A stretch of 64,000 nt of DNA from an uncultured Acidobacteriota bacterium (GTDB taxonomy: Bacteria; Acidobacteriota; Thermoanaerobaculia; Multivoradales; SZUA-115). The notes beneath the pieces were generated by a model that was not told the origin of the DNA, ran no database searches, and was given only the letters and a program-made list of their open reading frames with translations. The stretch lies in the NCBI GenBank assembly GCA_963805975.1, contig CAWDVR010000006.1:224001-288000 (forward strand), written 5' to 3'. This document shows, in pieces, positions 48,599-56,668 of this stretch (position 1 is the stretch's first letter; each line of letters starts with the position of its first letter). Made by a program: the position numbers and the translations under genes.

Positions 48599-50375
48599 AC
48601 CCGGCAACGCCTCGCCGGCCGCGGTCCGCCGTCTGCTGGCGCGACCGGAGCCCTGGCTCGTGCTCTTCGCGCTCGCGGCCGCCGCCTGGTCGCAGGCGGA
48701 GACCTTCCGCAACCCCTTCGTCGTCAACAACGACGCCAGGCTCCACACCTTCTGGATGGAGCAGTGGCGGGCCCCGGCGCTCTTCCCCGGCGACCGGCAC
48801 GTCATCTTCGCCCGCTCGTACCAGCCCTGGGGCTACCTGCTGCTCTACTGGCTGGGCTCGTTCCTCGTCGCGCCCCTCACGCTCTCTCGCGTCCTGCCGC
48901 TCCTCCTCCTGCCGTGGACGGCGCTCGCCACCTACCGGCTGGGCGAGAAGCTGGCGGGCCGCTACGCGGGCGCGCTGGCCGCGGTGTGGGTGACGCTGAT
49001 CCCGCTCGTCATCCACAAGATGGCGGGCGGGCACGCCCGCGCCTTCGCGCTGCCGCTCCTCGCCACCTGCGCCTACTACTTCGCCCGCCAGGCGCCGTGG
49101 CGCCTGGCGCTCGCCCTGGTGGTGACGAGCGGCTTCTATCCCATGACGCTGCTCCTCGCGGCGCTCGCCCTCGGTGCCTGTTGCTTCCGCTGGTCGAAGG
49201 GCCTCGGGCTGGCGGTTCCGCGGGGGGTGGCGGTCGCCCTGGTGGCCGGCGTGGCGATCGGGGGCGCGCTGGTGGTGGCCCGCGCCAGCCTGGTGCCGCA
49301 GGAGATGGGCCCGATCGCCACGCTCGCGGACATCGAGGGCAGGCCGGAGCTCGGGCACGAAGGGATCTACCCGGTCTACCCCACGTGGCCGCTCCCGGCC
49401 GTGCTGGCGCAGGAGGTGCGGCGGGCGACCGCGATGCTGCCGCCCGCCTACACCCGCATGCCGCCGCGCGAGGCGAGCTTCGCCGGCACCCTGGAGCGGC
49501 TGGACGTGGGCCTGCTGGTGCTGGTGGTGGCGCTCCTCGCCGCTTCGCCCTGGCTGCGCCTGCCGCCGCTGATCCCGGCCCTCTTCGCCGCCGGGGTGGT
49601 GATGTTCTGGCTCGCCGATCTGACTTTGATGCGGCTCTACCTGCCGACGCGCTACGTGCAGTACTCGGTGCGGCTGGCGATACCGCTCCTGGGAGCGGTG
49701 CTCTTGGCGCGGGCGGTCGGGAAGCTGCCCTGGCGGCCCGGGCGCGCCGTCGCCAAGGTGCTGCTCCTGGTCTGGCCGCTCCTCAACCTGCCGGCGCTCG
49801 CCGGCAAGGGGCTCGACGACTACACCCCGCAGGCGCCACTCTTCGCCTTTCTCGAACAGGTGCCGGTCGACTCGCTGGTGGCCGCCCACCCCTACGTGGC
49901 GGACGCCATCCCGCTCTTTGCCCGGCGCAGCGTGTTCGTGGATTTCGAGCACGCGTTGCCGTTCTACCCGCGGTTCTGGCAGGAGACGGCGCGGCGCACC
50001 CGCGCGCTCTTTCACGCCTACTACGCGAGCGACTTGGCGGAGGTGTGCGGCTTCCTCGGCGAGAGTGCCATCACCCACCTGGTGGTCGACCGGCGCCACT
50101 TCTCGCGCGGGCACCTGGAGCGGCGGCGGGTCTACTTCGAGCCTTTTGCGAGCGAGATCCGCGCCCTGACCGCGGAGCGGCGGCACTTCGCGCTCGCCGA
50201 CCTCGCTCCGGAGCGCGCGGTGTTCGTGGACGGCACGCTCTCGGTCGTCACGCCGAGCTCCCTCGGCTGCGCGCTCTCCGCCGTAGCGCCGGCGGTCGCC
50301 GCGAGCAGCAGCCCCAGGAGCGGGGCGACGCGGAAGTTGAGGATCTCCGGCGAGGACACCGCCAGCACCGCGTAG
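48579..50375 (+). CDS. Multi-TM GT-C-like membrane protein with periplasmic C-terminal domain
   Basis: NND...H.FW...P.LFPGD, GG.ARAFA.P, LYLP.RY, IPLFARRSV. Confidence 0.65.
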   Translation: MAWWGSRPGNASPAAVRRLLARPEPWLVLFALAAAAWSQAETFRNPFVVNNDARLHTFWMEQWRAPALFPGDRHVIFARSYQPWGYLLLYWLGSFLVAPLTLSRVLPLLLLPWTALATYRLGEKLAGRYAGALAAVWVTLIPLVIHKMAGGHARAFALPLLATCAYYFARQAPWRLALALVVTSGFYPMTLLLAALALGACCFRWSKGLGLAVPRGVAVALVAGVAIGGALVVARASLVPQEMGPIATLADIEGRPELGHEGIYPVYPTWPLPAVLAQEVRRATAMLPPAYTRMPPREASFAGTLERLDVGLLVLVVALLAASPWLRLPPLIPALFAAGVVMFWLADLTLMRLYLPTRYVQYSVRLAIPLLGAVLLARAVGKLPWRPGRAVAKVLLLVWPLLNLPALAGKGLDDYTPQAPLFAFLEQVPVDSLVAAHPYVADAIPLFARRSVFVDFEHALPFYPRFWQETARRTRALFHAYYASDLAEVCGFLGESAITHLVVDRRHFSRGHLERRRVYFEPFASEIRALTAERRHFALADLAPERAVFVDGTLSVVTPSSLGCALSAVAPAVAASSSPRSGATRKLRISGEDTASTA

Positions 50376-52065
50376 GCCGGCCAGGCCGCGGCAGCCGCGG
50401 CGAGGAAATACGGGTCTCGTCTTGGGGCCGGGCCTCGTCTTGGGGCCTGGCCTCGCCGCGGGGCGCGCGCCGGCACGCGTGCCACGCCTGCCCGGTCCAC
50501 AGAACCAGCGCCGCGAGGACGGCGAGCGCTCCCACCCAGCCAAGCTTGAAAAGCAGGAAGACATAGAAGTTGTGGATGTAGTTCCGGGGCTCGGCGCCGT
50601 CCCCGGCGAGCGGGCGGTGGAGCACGAAGGTGGCGCCCAGGCCGTGCCCCAGCGCCTGGGTCGTGCGGGTCTCCGCGGAGAGGATGCCGAGGAGCGTGCG
50701 GCTCTCGGCGAGGCGCAGGCGGACCGAGGGATCGGTCAGCGCCGCCGCCACCGGCGAGCGCACCGCGGCGAGCCCGTGAAGCCTCTCGCTCCAGTAGGCG
50801 AGCTGGGCGAGCGCTCCCGCCGCTCCCGCCGGCCCCAGCCGCTCGAGGCGGGGCCGCCGGACCACCCACACGCCCGTGGCTTTTCCCAGGCCGCCGATCT
50901 CGAGATCCGCCTGAGAGCAGCCGGCCGGCAGCGCGCCGATCACCGAGCGTTCGTTCCAGACCGCCGGGCCGCGGGTGGCGAGCGTCAACTGGCTCACGAC
51001 CTTGCCGCCCACGTCCAGGCAGCGCACCGTCAGGCGGCCCCGGCCGGTGCCGGCGGCGCGGGTCTCGGCGGACAGCCGGTAGGCGCCCGGCTCGGGCGCC
51101 GGCAAGGGGCCGACGATCACCCGCGAACCGTGGTTCGAGCGCCAGTGGAAGTGCTCCCTCAGAAGCGCGCCGCCCCCCGGGATCTTGCTCGTGGGGTCCG
51201 CGGCTTCGCGTGCCGCCGCGAGCCAGTCCGGCCGCTGCGCCAGGAACCCCGACCCGAGCCAGCCCATCGCCAGCACCAGGGCGAGCGCTCCCACGCCGGC
51301 GGCCACCAGCCCGCGGCGCCCGCGCCAGGGCGCCTCGCCGGCGGCGAGGAAGAAGAGGGCAGCCGCGAGCGGTGCGGTGGCCCACAGGCCGCGCGTGCCG
51401 GACCCCACGAGATAGACCGCGATCAGCCCGAGCGCGGCTCCAGGCCAGAAACGGGCCCACCGGGAGCGACGATGGAAGGCCTCTCCCGTGGCTGCGAGCG
51501 CCATCAGCAGGGCGGCCAGGGCGGCACCGTCGACCGAGACCGAGTTGTCGAGAAAGAAGCGTTGCGTGGGCGTGCCGCGCCAGGCTGCTAGGCCCCAGTG
51601 GCCGGCGTGCAGGCAGGCCGCGGCGCCGACCGCCAGCGGCAGGGCGGCGCGGAGCGCCCGCCAGCGCGCTGCCGCCGGCACCCCGAGGCCGGCCAGCGCG
51701 CCGAGCGGCAGCAGGGCCATGGACAAGACCTGGCCGGCCAGGAACCCGAGAGGGTTGCCGCGTGCCAGGCCCACCACCGTGCCGAACGCGGCAGCCGCCG
51801 CGTAGAGCGCGAGACCGAGCACCAGGAGCCGGGGCGGAAGCTCGCGGCCCGAGCTGCCGCGGGCAGAGCCGCCGCGCCAGAGCCAGCTCACCGCGCCGAG
51901 CACGAGCAGCACCGCGAGGATGCCCCCGGCCTGGACCCGGAGCGCGGTGCTGAACGGAAGGCCGACCGTGGTGTAGGGCAGGAGCACCGCCACCCCGACC
52001 GCGGCAGCGAGCCCGCGGCCGTGGCCCTTCGCGTCGTCTTCCGCCTCCGAGAGCGAGCCCACCAT
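50132..52065 (-). CDS. O-antigen ligase-family membrane protein with a soluble beta insert; apparent frameshift near 50411
   Basis: SGTRG, S..LR..E, LGHGLGA, YIHNFY. The final TMs (YFLAAAAAAWPAYAVLAVSSPEILNFRVAPLLGLLLAA) lie in the adjacent frame; as written, the main ORF ends at 50248. Confidence 0.7.
50416..50455. repeat. 18-bp tandem duplication
   Basis: CTCGTCTTGGGGCCGGGC / CTCGTCTTGGGGCCTGGC / CTCG; encodes (EARPQD)x2 on the minus strand. Confidence 0.8.
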
Positions 52066-52118
52066 GAGTGCGAGTCTATCGGGTGGTTCGATGGCCCGAT
52101 GGTACGATCCGCGCCGCA

Positions 52119-53069
52119 ATGGCAGGAGAGCGCCTGAAGATCGTCCTCACCGGCGGCGCCGGCTTCATCGGCTCCCACCTCGCGGAAGCTTTCGTTGCCG
52201 CCGGTCATCGCGTGGTGGTGATCGACGACCTGTCGAGCGGCCGGCGCGAGAATTTGCCACTTGGGCCGCCGGGCGCCGAGCTCCACGTCCTCGACATCCG
52301 CTCGCCGGAGGCCGCCGAGCTGGTGGCCGGCTCCGGCGCCGACGTGCTGGTCCACCACGCGGCGCAGATGGAGGTGCGGCGCTCGGTGGAGGAGCCGGCC
52401 TATGACGCCGAGGTCAACATCCTGGGCACTCTGAACCTGCTCGAGGCGGTGCGGCGCGGTGGCGTGAAGCAGGTCGTCTTCGCCTCGACCGGCGGCGCGG
52501 TCTACGGCGAGCAGGATCGTTTTCCGGCGGACGAGGATCATCCCACTCGCCCGCTCTCGCCGTACGGCGTCGCCAAGCTGGCGGTGGAGCGCTACCTCTT
52601 CGTCTACCACCAGGCCTACGGGCTCGACGCCGTCTGCCTGCGCTACGCCAACGTCTACGGCGAGCGCCAGAACCCGCACGGCGAGGCCGGCGTGGTGGCG
52701 ATCTTTCTCAACCTTCTCCTCGCCGGCCGCGCGCCGGTGATCCACGGCGACGGCTTGCAGACCCGCGACTACGTTCACGTTTCGGACGTGGTGCAGGCCA
52801 ACCTCGCCGCCCTCGGCCGGCCCGGCTTCGGGATCTACAACGTCGGCACCGGCCTCGAGATCACCGTCGTCGAGCTCGCCGAGCACCTGCGCCAGGCGGT
52901 GGGCACCGACCTGGTACCGAGCCACGGCCCGGCCAAGAAGGGCGAGCAGCGGCGCTCCGTCGTCGACCCCGGCCGCATCCAGCGCGAGCTGGGCGCGCCC
53001 CCCCCGCTACCCCTGGCCGAGGGGCTGGCGCGGACCGCGACGTGGTTCCGGGAGCGGGCGAGACCCTGA
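52119..53069 (+). CDS. UDP-glucose 4-epimerase-like NAD-dependent epimerase
   Basis: TGGAGFIGS, STGGAVYG, SPYGVAK, LRYANVYG.RQNPHGEAGVV. Confidence 0.9.
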   Translation: MAGERLKIVLTGGAGFIGSHLAEAFVAAGHRVVVIDDLSSGRRENLPLGPPGAELHVLDIRSPEAAELVAGSGADVLVHHAAQMEVRRSVEEPAYDAEVNILGTLNLLEAVRRGGVKQVVFASTGGAVYGEQDRFPADEDHPTRPLSPYGVAKLAVERYLFVYHQAYGLDAVCLRYANVYGERQNPHGEAGVVAIFLNLLLAGRAPVIHGDGLQTRDYVHVSDVVQANLAALGRPGFGIYNVGTGLEITVVELAEHLRQAVGTDLVPSHGPAKKGEQRRSVVDPGRIQRELGAPPPLPLAEGLARTATWFRERARP

Positions 53070-53097
53070 GCGACTCACGACGAGCTGCTGGCCAGGA

Positions 53098-53400
53098 TCA
53101 ACGCCGCCGCCAATAGCCGGGCCGTCGCTTGTGATGCGCGACCGCCACGACCTCGATGTCGTCGGCATTCCGTACTCGGTAGATCAGTGAGTAGGGGTAT
53201 TGGTTGGGAAAGAGATACCGCCGGCAGCCGTGGCGGTGTAGTTGCCACCGCTCAGGTGCCTCTACAACTGCGGTGACCGCTTGGTTCAGCAAAAGCAAGA
53301 AGCCGGAGGCAGCCAAGGGACTGCGCTGAGCAAACCAGTCGCGCGCTTCCTCCGCTTCCGCGGCGGCCTCGGGATGCCACCTTGGGTCAGGTGGGATCAC
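53098..53400 (-). CDS. RelE/ParE-family toxin
   Basis: HPEA..E..EA..W, YPYSLIY, VAVAH.KRRPGYW. Confidence 0.88.
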   Translation of the reverse strand: MIPPDPRWHPEAAAEAEEARDWFAQRSPLAASGFLLLLNQAVTAVVEAPERWQLHRHGCRRYLFPNQYPYSLIYRVRNADDIEVVAVAHHKRRPGYWRRR

Positions 53401-53632
53401 GGGACAGGCGCCGCTTCACCTCGGACCAAGGGATGGTCTCAACGATACCTGCGTCCAGCTGGACGATCCGCCGCCCAATCTCGGCGTCCCATGCCTCGTC
53501 GACTCCCGTCTCGCGTTCCGCGTAGAGGCTCTCGATCAACGCCCCTGCGACCGAGGCTCGGTCCTTTTCCTCCAGGGTGAGCGCATGCTCGAGAAGCTCT
53601 TCAGCGGCTGGGCTGAGGGTCGCGGCACTCAT
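53387..53632 (-). CDS. Addiction-module antitoxin (TIGR02574-type)
   Basis: AL.L...DRA..A..LIESL...AW..EI.RR.....G....IPW.EV; TATACT 7 nt before the ATG suggests a leaderless transcript. Confidence 0.85.
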   Translation of the reverse strand: MSAATLSPAAEELLEHALTLEEKDRASVAGALIESLYAERETGVDEAWDAEIGRRIVQLDAGIVETIPWSEVKRRLSRDPT

Positions 53633-53682
53633 GCTTTGAAGTATAGCGCCCGGTCGGTCAGCGGCACAGATCCTTCCAGTGC

Positions 53683-55356
53683 TTACCGCATCCCCACCAC
53701 CTGCCCGTCCACCAGATCGATCTCCTCGGCCTGGGGGGTGGCGGGGAGGCCGGGCATGCGGAGGAGGGTGCCCAGGAGCGGCACCATGTAGCCGGCGCCG
53801 GCGGCGAGCACCACGTTCCTCACCTGCACTTCGAAGTCGCGTGGCCGGTTGACCTTCTTGGGGTCGTCGGAGAGCGAGCTCTGAGTCTTGGCCATGCAGA
53901 CCGCCAGGCCCTCGTAGCCCAGGCGACGCACCATGTCGAGATCCTTCTCGGCGGCCGGGGCGTAGGTCACGCCCTTGGCGCCGTACATGGCGCGGGCGAT
54001 GGCCTCGATCTTCGCCTTCGGCGGGTCGCTCCAGGCGTAGAGCGGCGTGAAGGGCTTGCTCTCGCGCTCGGCGTGCGCGACCACCGTGCGGGCGAGCTCG
54101 GCTGCGCCCTCGCCGCCCTCGGCGAAGCCGTCGCAGACCGCGAACGGTGCGTCCAGCGCCGCCGCGGCGCGCCGCACCACCTCGATCTCCTCCTCGCTGT
54201 CGGTCGCGAAACGGTTGAGCGTGACGATCACGGTCTCGCCGAAGGTGCGCATGTTCTCGACGTGCTTCTCGAGGTTGGGCAGGCCGCGCTCGACCGCCGC
54301 CGGGTCCGGCGCCGAGAGGGCCGTCTTGGGCGTGCCGCCGTGGCGTTTGAGCGCCCGCGCCGTGGTCACCACCACCACCGCCGCGGTGTCGAGGCCGGCG
54401 CCCGCGCACTTGATGTCGAAGAACTTCTCGGCGCCGAGGTCCGAGGCGAAGCCGGCCTCGGTCACCGCCCAGTCGGCGTGGGCGAGGGCCATGCGCGTGG
54501 CGAGCACCGAGTTGCAGCCGTGGGCGATGTTGGCGAACGGACCGCCGTGCACGAAGGCGGGCACGCCCTCGGCGGTCTGCACCAGGTTGGGCGCCAGCGC
54601 GTCCTTGAGCACCACCATCATCGCGCCCACGGCTTTGAGGTCGGCGGCGGTCACCGGCTCGCCGCTGGGCCGCAGGCCGACGATCAGCCGCGACAGGCGG
54701 GCGCGCAGGTCCTCGTAGCCCTCGGCCAGGCAGAGCACCGCCATCACCTCGGAGGCGGGAGTGATGTCGAAGCCCGTCTCGCGCGGCACGCCCTCGGCCG
54801 CGCCGCCCAGGCCCACGATCACCTGGCGCAGAGCGCGGTCGTTGAGGTCGATCACCCGCCGCCACAGGGTCCGCCGCGGGTCGAGCCCGAGGGCGTTGCC
54901 GTGGTGGAGGTGGTTGTCGTAGATCGCCGCCAGCAGGTTGTGCGCGGTCGAGATGGCGTGGAAGTCGCCGGTGAAGTGGAGGTTGATGTCCTCGGCCGGC
55001 ACCAGCACGGACTTGCCGCCGCCCGTAGCGCCGCCCTTGAGGCCGAAGGTGGGGCCGAGCGAGGGCTCGCGCAGCGCCAGGCAGGCGCTCTCGCCGATCT
55101 TCGCCAGGCCCTGGGCGAGTGAGATCGAGGTCGTGGTCTTGCCCTCGCCGGCGTCCGTGGGGGTGATCGCCGTCACCAGCACCAACCGTCCTGTCCGCGA
55201 GCGCTCCGCCAGCGCCTCGAGCCGGACCTTGGCCTTGAGATCGCCATAGGGCACCAGATGGCGGCGGTCGATGCCGAGGCGATCGGCGACCTCGGTGATG
55301 GGCGAGGCCCCCGAGGCAGGCAAGGCCCCCCATTCAGGCAAAGGAGTAGCGGTCAT
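53683..55356 (-). CDS. fhs: Formate--tetrahydrofolate ligase
   Basis: TPTDAGEGKTT, LREPSLGP.FG.KGGATGGG, INLHFTGDFHAI, HGGPFANIAHGCNS, MAKTQ.S.SD, MPGLP. Confidence 0.97.
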   Translation of the reverse strand: MTATPLPEWGALPASGASPITEVADRLGIDRRHLVPYGDLKAKVRLEALAERSRTGRLVLVTAITPTDAGEGKTTTSISLAQGLAKIGESACLALREPSLGPTFGLKGGATGGGKSVLVPAEDINLHFTGDFHAISTAHNLLAAIYDNHLHHGNALGLDPRRTLWRRVIDLNDRALRQVIVGLGGAAEGVPRETGFDITPASEVMAVLCLAEGYEDLRARLSRLIVGLRPSGEPVTAADLKAVGAMMVVLKDALAPNLVQTAEGVPAFVHGGPFANIAHGCNSVLATRMALAHADWAVTEAGFASDLGAEKFFDIKCAGAGLDTAAVVVVTTARALKRHGGTPKTALSAPDPAAVERGLPNLEKHVENMRTFGETVIVTLNRFATDSEEEIEVVRRAAAALDAPFAVCDGFAEGGEGAAELARTVVAHAERESKPFTPLYAWSDPPKAKIEAIARAMYGAKGVTYAPAAEKDLDMVRRLGYEGLAVCMAKTQSSLSDDPKKVNRPRDFEVQVRNVVLAAGAGYMVPLLGTLLRMPGLPATPQAEEIDLVDGQVVGMR

Positions 55357-55407
55357 CGGTCCTCCGAGGCGGAAAAGGCTTCCGGTGGCGGGATTGCCGC
55401 GCGAAGA

Positions 55408-56595
55408 CTAGCCGAGCCGCCTGGAAGGTGCCAGAGGCGACGGCTGCTCATACCCCGTCATCTCTACATACCCGAAGCCGAAGATCGGCCGGCCGGCGCT
55501 CGTGCCCTCGATGGCCACTGCACCCTCCCAGTAGCGGAGCGCCAGATCCAGCTCCTGGCCTGCGAGGAGCGGGGTCAGCGTCAGCTCCAGGCCCTCCGCC
55601 GGCAGGGTGAGCCGCCAGCGCGCGGGATAGCGGCCTCCCGTGGCGGGGCTGGTCCAGAAGTCCAGAGCCTCGAGCCCGACCGTGGAGTAGTCGAGCGGGC
55701 GCGCGCTGCCGTCGGCCTCGATCAGCGTGCCGGCGCTCGCCGGGTCGGCCGAGCCGTCCCGCCGCCGCAATCGATAGAGCATGAGGTCCCGCCCGTCCGC
55801 GAGCTGGAGCGAGAACCAGTCCCAGCCGACCTGGTTCGCCGCCAGCGCGCTGGTGGACCACTCGCGGTCCATCCAGGCGAGGCCGGCGACCACGTACCGG
55901 CGCCCCTCGACCTCGACCGTGCCGCGCGCCGGCAGGCGGGTGAAGGAGTAGTAGTACGAGGCGTTGCCGGGTCCACCGCCCTTGAACGACAGGCCACGGT
56001 CCCCTTGCAGAACCGGCGGCTTGCCGGCAGCGAGCTCGAGGTCGATCGCCACCCCGCCCTCGGCGGCGCGCAGGCGGATCGGCGGCACGTCGTTCCCGCT
56101 GTCGGCCACCCAATCGGCGGTCCAGACGCGGAAGGGGGAGCCTTGGGCGCCGGCCAGCCCGAGGGCGGCGCGCGAGAAGCGCTCGAAAGCATGGAAGCGT
56201 TCCCCGGCAACGTCGGTCACCGTGAAGTGGGCCATGTACACCTCGTTCGCGGCCCAGCCCGAGGCCCGCTCGGCCGGCCGGGGGGTGAGCTGGTTGCGAA
56301 AGAAGGTGAGCTGGAAGCCGAAGCGACGGGCCCCTTCGCCGCCTGCCGCGGGCGCCTCGAGGTTGCCCGTGAAGTACCACCACTCGTTGCGGAAGCCGGG
56401 GTGCGGGCCGTGATCTCCGGGGAACGTGAACTCTCGCGGCGTCAGCGCGCGCTCGTAACCCTCGGCGCTGCCCGAGAGCGCGTCGGCGACCGACAGCGAC
56501 GCCTCGACCTCCGGTGGACGGCCGGCCGGTGAGCAGGCGAACAGGAATGCCCACGCGAGCACTGTGGTGGCGGCAAGGCGCGAGGAGGTGGGCAA
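55408..56595 (-). CDS. AttH/CrtC-like lipocalin-domain protein (possible lipoprotein)
   Basis: FP.DHGPHP..R.EWWYFTGNL, GFQLTFFR, SYYYS, WMDREWS, GWDWFSLQL, YWEG, GY.EMTGY; LFAC lipobox-like sequence. Confidence 0.88.
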   Translation of the reverse strand: MPTSSRLAATTVLAWAFLFACSPAGRPPEVEASLSVADALSGSAEGYERALTPREFTFPGDHGPHPGFRNEWWYFTGNLEAPAAGGEGARRFGFQLTFFRNQLTPRPAERASGWAANEVYMAHFTVTDVAGERFHAFERFSRAALGLAGAQGSPFRVWTADWVADSGNDVPPIRLRAAEGGVAIDLELAAGKPPVLQGDRGLSFKGGGPGNASYYYSFTRLPARGTVEVEGRRYVVAGLAWMDREWSTSALAANQVGWDWFSLQLADGRDLMLYRLRRRDGSADPASAGTLIEADGSARPLDYSTVGLEALDFWTSPATGGRYPARWRLTLPAEGLELTLTPLLAGQELDLALRYWEGAVAIEGTSAGRPIFGFGYVEMTGYEQPSPLAPSRRLG

Positions 56596-56668
56596 GGGTA
56601 GAACCCCGGTCGGCGGCCGGAAGAGGCGACCGCCTCCTCCGAGACCGCGTGTTCTACCACCAAGCGCC

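Noticed and set aside
53387-55333. 648-aa ORF overlapping fhs
   Set aside because: Only the last 81 codons (from 53632) encode the antitoxin; the rest is an fhs shadow frame.
55408-56595. Carotenoid biosynthesis (CrtC hydratase)
   Set aside because: No other crt genes are present; the motifs only support the broad AttH/lipocalin family.
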